Positions 7,751-14,442 of a stretch of 19,336 bases of DNA are shown here, piece after piece (the stretch's first letter is position 1; each line of letters begins with the position of its first letter). The DNA lies in assembly GCA_039638295.1 (NCBI GenBank), contig JBDIWJ010000026.1:1247-20582 (forward strand), written 5' to 3'. Under the pieces are notes generated by a model that did not search any database, was not told where the DNA came from, and was given only the letters and a program-made list of their open reading frames with translations. This DNA is from Candidatus Phoenicimicrobium oleiphilum. GTDB taxonomy: Bacteria > Atribacterota > Phoenicimicrobiia > Phoenicimicrobiales > Phoenicimicrobiaceae. The position numbers and the translations under genes were made by a program.

Positions 7751-8619
7751 TACCTTATAGCCTCCTGCTCCCTAAAGCGCTGGATATTAATTATTATCAT
7801 AGGAATTATAAGTACTAATAAAATAACCGCTATTGCACTTGCTCGTCCATAATTTCTAAAAATAAACATCTCTTTATACATTCTATTGGCAATAACCTCG
7901 GTATTAAAATTACCATTGGTCATTACATAGACAATATCAAATACTTTAAGAACATTAATAGTCATAGTAGTAGCTACTACCGCAATAGTAGGTTTCATCA
8001 AAGGTAAAATAATTTTCCAGAATATTTTAAATTCTGTAGCGCCATCAACTCGTGCTGCTTCTAATAATTCTCGAGGTATTCCTTTATAACTTGCTGATAA
8101 TATTACCATACAGAATCCAGTCCATATCCAAACTCCTACTATAATTAAACAAAAATTATTAAGCCAGGGCCTAATGATTAGCCAGGGTAAGGGTTCCAAT
8201 TGAAAAAATGAACGTAATGCATTAAGAATACCAGTTTGAGCAGCTGAAGCAGGCCGATAAGCATAAACAAATTTCCAAATTACTCCAGCGCCTACAAAGG
8301 AAATAGCCATAGGCATAAATATTATTGATTTCACTATCGATTCATATTTAACTCGATCTACTAATACCGCTATAATCAACCCTAATGATACCGTCAAAGG
8401 AACAAATAGTACTACCCATAGAGTGTTATTTCGAAAAGAATTAAGCATAATCTCATTACTAAAACAATATAGATAATTTTTTATACCTACAAATTTTTCT
8501 GAATTATAATTAAAAAAGGAGATGTATACTGTATTAATCGAAGGATAAACTAAAAAAAAGAACAAAAGGAATGCTGCAGGGGTGATATATAACCAGGGAG
8601 TAATTTTTTTAGTACGCAT
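7750..8619 (-). CDS. Carbohydrate ABC transporter permease (MalF/AglF-like)
   Basis: 289 aa, about 6 TM, KSIIFMPMAISFVGAGVIWKFVY, ELLEAARVDGA EAA motif, LKVFDIV. Confidence 0.95.
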   Translation of the reverse strand: MRTKKITPWLYITPAAFLLFFFLVYPSINTVYISFFNYNSEKFVGIKNYLYCFSNEIMLNSFRNNTLWVVLFVPLTVSLGLIIAVLVDRVKYESIVKSIIFMPMAISFVGAGVIWKFVYAYRPASAAQTGILNALRSFFQLEPLPWLIIRPWLNNFCLIIVGVWIWTGFCMVILSASYKGIPRELLEAARVDGATEFKIFWKIILPLMKPTIAVVATTMTINVLKVFDIVYVMTNGNFNTEVIANRMYKEMFIFRNYGRASAIAVILLVLIIPMIIINIQRFREQEAIR

Positions 8620-8681
8620 ATAAAACTTTCCTTTCTGCTAATTAACTTATATAAAATATTTTAATGTAATTATCAGATTTT

Positions 8682-8794
8682 ATTATTGCAAAGAGCAACG
8701 CAAGCCTGCCCCAACTAAAGCATTGGAAGCAATCCTAATCCGATATTACAACTGGGAGCACTCAAGTAATATTGAGTGCTCCCCTCGTAATGAC
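8682..8794. repeat. Degenerate GTCATTGCGAG-type palindromic element pair containing a perfect 12-bp hairpin
   Basis: Left unit ATTATTGCAAAGAGC...GAAGCAATCC. Right unit (minus strand) GTCATTACGAG-GGGAGCACTCAATATTACTTGAGTGCTCCC-AGTTGTAATATC. Confidence 0.5.
8754..8783. other. Perfect 12-bp stem-loop downstream of the solute-binding protein gene (probable mRNA-stabilising or attenuating hairpin)
   Basis: GGGAGCACTCAA-GTAATA-TTGAGTGCTCCC, 24 nt after the stop at 8808. No U-tract follows on the coding strand. Confidence 0.7.
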
Positions 8795-8807
8795 AGATTC
8801 AATCCTT

Positions 8808-10085
8808 TTATTTCCGATAAGCATCCAGGGCACTAGCCTCAATGGTCATTAATACATTCTTTAATGGTACCCCACTTACATAGTCTAATACTCCAGTCCA
8901 GAAGGAACCTGCACCAACTGCTGATGGCATTAAATCAGAACCATCAAAACGGAAGGTTGAAGCTTCACTTAAGATCTTTGCAGCCTTACGGGTCAAATCA
9001 TCAGGATAAGCGGCAGGATTTACTCGTTTGTTAGCAGAGAGTTTCCCTAATTCACCAACCCATATTTCCTGAGCTTCGGGAGAAACTATATATTCCATAA
9101 AGGCTCTGGCTTCGGGAGTATCATTGAACATTGCAAACAAATCAGCAGCTCCTAAGGCAGGAATTCCGTATTCAGGATCAATGGGAGGGAAGGGGAAGAA
9201 GTCAAAATCCTCACCTGGGACCAAGTTGGGGAAATGGTCAAGTATAAAGCTTTTAATAAAGGTTGCCTGTCTATGCATATAAGCATTTGGCGGAGTAGTA
9301 AATAGAGCATCTGGTGAATCACCAAAATTAATGGTAAGTATTGCATTTGAGCCACCATAGACGTACTTCTCATTTAAGGCAATTTGTCCAAATAGTTCAA
9401 AAGCCCTTTGCACCCGTTCATCGAGCCAGGAAATTCCATGGGAAACCCATAAATCATAGACTTCAGGTTCCACAGTTCGTAACATAATGTCTTCAATCCA
9501 GTCCGTCCCGGCCCATCCACTCGCTGCACCACATTCAAATCCAATAGCCCAGGGGGTCTTACCATCTGCTACCATCTTATCAGAGAGAGCAATCATTTCC
9601 TCCCAGGTAGTTGGTACGGTGTAACCAGCAGCAGCAAATTCTTTAGGATTATACCATACTAAACTTTTTAGATCAGCAGAAATGAATACTCCACAGAATT
9701 TTCCTTTATAGGTTCCCAGGTCTAACCAGGTTGGCGAGTAATCGCTTTGTAGTACCTCCATATCCATAAAGGTGCTTAAATCCACCAATTTTCCAGCTTT
9801 AGCAAATTCTACCATCTGCCCCGGGTTTGGTAGAGCTGATACATCTGGGGGGTTACCAGATTCTACTTGAGTAGTTAAAACAGCAGGAAGATCTCGAGTT
9901 CCGGTAAATTCTACTTTAATCCCAGTTTCTGCTTCGAATGGAGCAATCATTTTTTTAAAAGCTTCAGCCTCTCCACCTGTCCAAACACCAAGAACAGTTA
10001 CACTACCAGAAGCAGCAAATGTATTTACAGCAAATATTCCTATTAACAAAACTACTAATAATGAAAAAGTTAATTTTTTAAACAT
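8808..10085 (-). CDS. Sugar ABC transporter solute-binding protein (AglE/GgtB-like alpha-glucoside family)
   Basis: 425 aa. Sec signal peptide, FEAETGIKVEF, GNPPDV, KSLVWYNP, TPWAIGFECGAASGWAGTDWIEDIMLR, FRFDGSDLMPSAVGAGSFW. SD AGGAGG. Confidence 0.93.
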   Translation of the reverse strand: MFKKLTFSLLVVLLIGIFAVNTFAASGSVTVLGVWTGGEAEAFKKMIAPFEAETGIKVEFTGTRDLPAVLTTQVESGNPPDVSALPNPGQMVEFAKAGKLVDLSTFMDMEVLQSDYSPTWLDLGTYKGKFCGVFISADLKSLVWYNPKEFAAAGYTVPTTWEEMIALSDKMVADGKTPWAIGFECGAASGWAGTDWIEDIMLRTVEPEVYDLWVSHGISWLDERVQRAFELFGQIALNEKYVYGGSNAILTINFGDSPDALFTTPPNAYMHRQATFIKSFILDHFPNLVPGEDFDFFPFPPIDPEYGIPALGAADLFAMFNDTPEARAFMEYIVSPEAQEIWVGELGKLSANKRVNPAAYPDDLTRKAAKILSEASTFRFDGSDLMPSAVGAGSFWTGVLDYVSGVPLKNVLMTIEASALDAYRK

Positions 10086-10224
10086 TTTTATCCTCCTTTT
10101 ATTTTTTAAAATATTTTCTTCTCTATTTTTATTTATTGATTTAACTTCTAACAGGCAACACCTCCTTTTAAATTAGTCGTTAGTATTGCGTAATCGTATC
10201 GCATTAAAGAAACAAGGTTTTAAG

Positions 10225-10254
10225 TGTAGGGCCACGATTCATCGTGCCCCTACA
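10225..10254. repeat. REP-like palindrome, family A (double-tailed)
   Basis: TGTAGGGCCACGAT-TC-ATCGTGCCCCTACA, arms 13/14 complementary, GTAG tail on both strands. Confidence 0.85.
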
Positions 10255-10274
10255 TTAGTTCAGAAACAAACGGG

Positions 10275-10318
10275 CCTGCCCTCGTGAAACTTGTCCCCGT
10301 AAAAACGGGGAACGGGGG
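10275..10318 (+). mobile_element. Two nested 22-nt mini-hairpin elements inserted in a REP-like hairpin loop (putative)
   Basis: CCTGCCCTCGTGAAA[CTTGTCCCCGTAAAAACGGGGA]ACGGGGG. Removing the inner 22-mer leaves an outer 22-mer 17/22 identical to it, with the same fold. Mobility is inferred. Confidence 0.55.
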
Positions 10319-10420
10319 CGCCTGTCCTATAGTTTTATCTTGTTTCTTATATCTTATAACTGACCAACCGGGTAACCGGATAACTAATATCCTAAACGCT
10401 AACCACTATACGCTAGTTTT

Positions 10421-11680
10421 TCACCAATGAAAAGCAGATTTAATGGCTACTTTTCCTTTAGATTTAAAAATTGGAGTTTTAAAAACTTCGCCTAATACCA
10501 ATTCAGCTGCTCCAATAAGCCAGCCATCTTCACCAAATTGAAGAGGAATAATCCTAATTTCTTTCCTATGGGGAAAATTATTTATAACCACATCTCGCAT
10601 AGGTTGCAGGATTAGTTCACCAGCCTTTATCCCTTCCCCACCTACCAAAATTAACTCAGGATCAAAAAGAGTAATGAGATTTACTACACCAACTCCTAAA
10701 TTTCTCCCTGCTTCCTGGAAAATATTTTTGGCAATTACATCCCCTCTTTGAGCTGCTTCTAAAGTCATTTCCACTGAAACAGAATCCAAACTATTTTCTT
10801 CTTTCAATAAAACCCTCAATAAGGTGTTTTCATTATTCAGGATAGTTTCCTTTGTTTTACTAATAATAAATTGGTCTGAAGAAAATAATTCTAAACAACC
10901 TCTTTTTCCGCAATAACATAAGGGACCATCTTTATCTACAACTATATGACCAAAATCACCTGCTCCCCCATAACTACCATGATATATATCTCCATTAATT
11001 ACAATCCCGGCTCCAATTCCTTTACCAATAGTAATGCAAATAAAATTTTTTATTTTTTTCCCTGCTCCGAAACGTTTCTCTGCTAAAGTTAAAGTATTTA
11101 CGTCTTTATCCACAAAAACGGGAAAACTGAATTTCTTTTCGAGAATTTCTTTGAATCTTATATCCTTCCAACCTAATATTTTAGACGATACTAAAACACC
11201 TTCTTTCTGATGAACAAAACCAGAAACTCCTATTCCGCAACCAACTATCTTTTCCGGCATAATATGATTTCTATTAATTAATTCCTGTATTGCTTTGATT
11301 AAAACTCCGAGTATCATCTTTTCATCTTGTTTAACTGGACTAGGAATAAAATTCTTATCTAAAATTTTTGACTTCAGATTAATCAAGCCAATAATAATAC
11401 CATCTAATCCAATTTTTAGCCCCAGTACAAATCTATCATTGCAATTAAATTCAAGCAGAATCGGTCTTCTCCCTCCACTGGATTCCTCTTCTCCTGTTTC
11501 ATATATAAGTTCTTTCTTGATTAAATCTGCTACAATATTAGAAACAGTGGACAACCCCAAATCGGTAATCTCAGATATCCTGGTACGAGAAAGAGGCCCA
11601 TAATTTAGAATCGTATTAATTACCAGGGCTCTATTTAATTCTTTGATTAATTGTTTATTCCCTCGGCGAATATTATCCAT
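10421..11680 (-). CDS. ROK-family transcriptional repressor (NagC/XylR/Mlc-like)
   Basis: 419 aa. N-terminal wHTH (GPLSRTRISEITDLGLSTVSNIVADL, SSGGRRP), ROK motifs GKGIGAGIVING and GDFGH, Zn motif CYCGKRGCLE. Confidence 0.95.
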   Translation of the reverse strand: MDNIRRGNKQLIKELNRALVINTILNYGPLSRTRISEITDLGLSTVSNIVADLIKKELIYETGEEESSGGRRPILLEFNCNDRFVLGLKIGLDGIIIGLINLKSKILDKNFIPSPVKQDEKMILGVLIKAIQELINRNHIMPEKIVGCGIGVSGFVHQKEGVLVSSKILGWKDIRFKEILEKKFSFPVFVDKDVNTLTLAEKRFGAGKKIKNFICITIGKGIGAGIVINGDIYHGSYGGAGDFGHIVVDKDGPLCYCGKRGCLELFSSDQFIISKTKETILNNENTLLRVLLKEENSLDSVSVEMTLEAAQRGDVIAKNIFQEAGRNLGVGVVNLITLFDPELILVGGEGIKAGELILQPMRDVVINNFPHRKEIRIIPLQFGEDGWLIGAAELVLGEVFKTPIFKSKGKVAIKSAFHW

Positions 11681-11736
11681 AATTTAAGATGTTCTACTTT
11701 TATACTCCATTCTATTTATTAAAACTCTTATAAGAT

Positions 11737-11773
11737 TATAAGATACTTTCTTCACTGAAGCAAGTATCTTATA
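11737..11773. promoter_or_regulatory. 37-bp near-perfect palindrome, putative ROK operator
   Basis: TATAAGATACTTTCTTCA-C-TGAAGCAAGTATCTTATA, arms 17/18 complementary, 56 nt upstream of the ROK start. Confidence 0.7.
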
Positions 11774-11778
11774 TTATT

Positions 11779-11806
11779 ATTCTACACCGCTTATAAAAAA
11801 TCCTTC
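11779..11806 (-). promoter_or_regulatory. SigH-like promoter upstream of the ROK/ABC genes
   Basis: Minus strand GAAGGATTT-N12-GTAGAAT fits the Firmicutes SigH consensus RnAGGAwWW-N11/12-RnnGAAT. The palindrome begins 5 nt downstream. Confidence 0.55.
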
Positions 11807-11909
11807 TTTTTTCGAAAATTTTTTTCAATTTTTTTTAATTTTTTTCAAATTGAAAAAAGGGAAGTGAATTAGAAGATATTAATTTTTAATAAAAGGAAAT
11901 GAGTATTTT

Positions 11910-13142
11910 TTATTTTAAGCTATTGAATAAACTTAAATAATCTTTTAATAGACGGGTAATTAAGAAATTTTTTCTAACATATTCTTTCCCTGAGATACCC
12001 ATTTTATTAGCAATCTCTGGATTTTTCAAAAGATAGATAACTCTTTCAGCACATTCTGCAATATCACCAACCAAATATCCGGTACGTCGATTATCCACTT
12101 GTAAAGGAATTCCTCCTACATTTGCTGCTACTACAGGTTTTCCTTTCCATAATGCTTCGGTAATCACCAATCCAAACCCTTCTCTTATAGACTTCTGGAT
12201 AATTACATCAGAAGCTCTTTGAAAGGCGTTAACCTCTAAATTCCCTACTCCATTTAAATTAGATAAAAGATGAATATCATAATCTTCTCCTGCATGTCGA
12301 GCAGTCTTTTCATAATATTTCCATCCTTCTGGATCATCGTGAGCCATAGAAGCGATAAGAACTAATTGTACATCTTTTATTTCTTTTTTCACAATCCTAT
12401 ACATATCGATAACTCCCAGAGGGTCTTTCCAGGGATCGAATCTGGAGACTTGGGTTATAATTGGCCTATTTACATCTACTTTATATTTTGCCACAATATC
12501 TTTAATCTCCTCCTGGCTTAAATCCAAATTCTTAGGGCTTAAGGGGTCGATAGCTGGGGGGATTATGGCTACCTTTTCCATTTTAAGGTCATCTTTTACA
12601 TACTCTTTTAAAGTAAAAATAGCAGCATCATATTTTTCTATAAACGGCCTGATAAATTGCCATACTTTTTCCTGTGCATTTGTTGGGTCGATATGAAACC
12701 GCCAAATCCATTTCCCAACTTTTTTCTTACGGTAATGCAATATCGCTACTGGTTGAGGATCATGGATTACCACAAAGTCATATTCCCCTTCGAACAATTT
12801 CTCATTTAGTCGATTATTTTTTAAAAATATTTCCTTCATCTTTTCAGTAAAAGGGACATCCATACCCTGTAAACCATTATGTATAGCCTTAGTTATATTA
12901 AAAAAATCATCAGAACCTTTTATAACTTGCCATTCAGCTTCAAGACCTACATCTTTCATTAGAGGGACTAAGGTTGATAATATTTCTGCTACTCCTCCTC
13001 CAAAGGAAGTAGCATTTATATGTACTACCTTCTTCCCTTTCAGGGGTATAGCTAATTTTTTAATAGCTTCAACTTCTTCTTTTCCAATAATTTCGATATA
13101 ATCCTTAAGGGATTTTCTCTCGGTTTCGACAATTTCTAACAT
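11910..13142 (-). CDS. treT: Trehalose glycosyltransferring synthase TreT (GT4)
   Basis: 410 aa. HINATSFGGGVAEIL, FFNITKAIHNGLQG, IHDPQP, QVSRFDPWKDPLGVI, REGFGLVITEALWKGKPVV. Sugar ABC context supports the call. Confidence 0.88.
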   Translation of the reverse strand: MLEIVETERKSLKDYIEIIGKEEVEAIKKLAIPLKGKKVVHINATSFGGGVAEILSTLVPLMKDVGLEAEWQVIKGSDDFFNITKAIHNGLQGMDVPFTEKMKEIFLKNNRLNEKLFEGEYDFVVIHDPQPVAILHYRKKKVGKWIWRFHIDPTNAQEKVWQFIRPFIEKYDAAIFTLKEYVKDDLKMEKVAIIPPAIDPLSPKNLDLSQEEIKDIVAKYKVDVNRPIITQVSRFDPWKDPLGVIDMYRIVKKEIKDVQLVLIASMAHDDPEGWKYYEKTARHAGEDYDIHLLSNLNGVGNLEVNAFQRASDVIIQKSIREGFGLVITEALWKGKPVVAANVGGIPLQVDNRRTGYLVGDIAECAERVIYLLKNPEIANKMGISGKEYVRKNFLITRLLKDYLSLFNSLK

Positions 13143-13251
13143 ATTTTTACTCCTTTGTTTTGAAATTGATTATGTTTCACTTTGCTTGATGTATCGTGTA
13201 TCTGTCATCCAGTATTAGTTACTCTGTTAGCCGACAAAATAGTATATTATA

Positions 13252-13535
13252 TAGTCGTTAGTATTTAGTTTATAGTATTTAGTAAGAAATCAAGTAGAAA
13301 ACAATTAATAGACAGACGAAACGCCTGTCCTACCTCTTTATCCTGTTTCTTATATCTTATAACTGGCCAACCGGGTAACTGGCAAACTGGCTAACTTTTT
13401 TATTACTCATTACTCATCACTATATCCTATTTACTATATATCATATTCCGAGATACAATTAACGAGATACGATATACGAATTTTTCTTCTGTCTTCTTTT
13501 TTTACTATTCACTAACGACTATTCACTATTCACTA
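13252..13535. repeat. Intergenic patchwork bracketed by inverted TAGTNNN x5 arrays
   Basis: TAGTCGT TAGTATT TAGTTTA TAGTATT TAGTAAG on + (13252-13286). TAGTGAA TAGTGAA TAGTCGT TAGTGAA TAGTAAA on - (13501-13535). Interior holds a REP, octamers, and TTACTCA and GATAC arrays. Confidence 0.85.
13311..13333 (-). repeat. REP-like palindrome, family C
   Basis: Minus strand GTAG-GACAGGCG-TTT-CGTCTGTC (8-bp stem with one G-T pair). Confidence 0.7.
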
Positions 13536-14179
13536 ATTAAGAAAGCAATTGGACATTTAGAACAAGCGGGATTTCTGCTGGTACATATAGTTTTGCCAAG
13601 CATTACAATCTGAGCGTGAAATTCATTAAATAATTTTACATCCTTATCTAAATTCTGAACAAAAAATTCTTGAATCTGATGATAGGTAGTATCTTTCGGG
13701 ATTAACTTATGACGAGAAAATATTCTTTTGGTATAAGCATCAACTACAAAAAATGGTTTATTTCCTGCGTATAATAAAATACTATCTGCTGTTTCAGGTC
13801 CAATTCCTTTAATTTTTAATAATTTTCTTCTTAATTCCTCGCCATCATCTGAAAACATCTTTTTCTCAGACCCGCTATATTCTTTCATAAAGAAAGTTAT
13901 AAAACTCTTTAATCTTTGGGCTTTAATATTATAGTAACCCGAAGGTTTTATCAAACGGGCTAATCCCTTCTGGTTTATTCGATAAAGTTTCTGGGGTTCT
14001 AATAAATTTTCTTTTTTTAAATTATTGATGGCTTTTTCCACATTACCCCAGGCAGTATTTTGAGTAAGAATCGCTCCTACCATTATCTCAAAAGGAGAAT
14101 CTCCGGGCCACCAATTTAATGGCCCAAAATAATTATATAAACTTTTATAAATTTTTAATAAAATATCTCTTTTTTGCAT
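13526..14179 (-). CDS. Endonuclease III-related HhH-GPD DNA glycosylase
   Basis: 217 aa. WWPGDSPFEIMVGAILTQNTAW, HhH KGIGPETADSILLYA, VVDAYT, C-terminal C-x6-C-x2-C. Confidence 0.92.
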   Translation of the reverse strand: MQKRDILLKIYKSLYNYFGPLNWWPGDSPFEIMVGAILTQNTAWGNVEKAINNLKKENLLEPQKLYRINQKGLARLIKPSGYYNIKAQRLKSFITFFMKEYSGSEKKMFSDDGEELRRKLLKIKGIGPETADSILLYAGNKPFFVVDAYTKRIFSRHKLIPKDTTYHQIQEFFVQNLDKDVKLFNEFHAQIVMLGKTICTSRNPACSKCPIAFLISE

Positions 14180-14243
14180 CTTTTTTTAATGTTTAAAATT
14201 CACCGATGCACCAATTTGCCGATTCTCCAATTAAGACAGATTG

Positions 14244-14271
14244 CTCTGGGCACGATACATCGTGCCCCTAC
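14244..14271 (-). repeat. REP-like palindrome, family A
   Basis: Minus strand GTAG-GGGCACGAT-GT-ATCGTGCCC-AGAG, perfect 9-bp inverted repeat. Confidence 0.85.
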
Positions 14272-14288
14272 AACACATTACTTATCTC

Positions 14289-14313
14289 GGGTAGACACAA
14301 GGTCTGCTCCTAC
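14289..14313 (-). repeat. REP-like palindrome, family B
   Basis: Minus strand GTAG-GAGCAGAC-CTTGT-GTCTACCC, an imperfect 8-bp stem with GTAG tail, in the same orientation as the neighbouring family A copy. Confidence 0.65.
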
Positions 14314-14442
14314 ACCTAGTTTTTATAAGAAACACGATAATTTTAATATACTGACCAATAAATTAATTGGTGCATTGGTAAATAGGTGAATTGGCTAATT
14401 GATATTCACTATATACTCGATACTTGATACCATATACTGTTC

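Larger units (their letters stand above)
10174..10415. repeat. Intergenic patchwork: TAG-heptamer arrays in opposite orientation flanking REP-like hairpins
   Basis: TAGTCGT TAGTATT on + (10174-10187). TAGCGTA TAGTGGT TAGCGTT TAGGATA on - (10388-10415). 10319-10385 is 58/67 identical to 13322-13388. Confidence 0.8.
14197..14440. repeat. Intergenic patchwork: inverted octamer arrays bracketing two REP-like hairpins, plus an ATACTCG heptamer array
   Basis: AATTCACC-type x4.5 on + (14197-14232) and x4.5 on - (14365-14400). ATACTCG ATACTTG ATACCAT ATACTGT at 14413-14440. Confidence 0.85.

Noticed and set aside
9152..11603. ORFs 9152-9373, 9374-9565 and 11295-11603
   Set aside because: Contained within the SBP or ROK genes in other frames or antisense, with no independent support.
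11840..11858. TTTTTTCAA-A-TTGAAAAAA inverted repeat as a treT terminator
   Set aside because: Almost all A/T, 1-nt loop, lies in a homopolymer-rich tract, and has no U-tract on the coding strand.
14174..14389. 71-aa plus-strand ORF across the composite repeat, as a possible cargo gene
   Set aside because: It reads through octamer arrays and REP hairpins, has no SD and shows no protein-like features.
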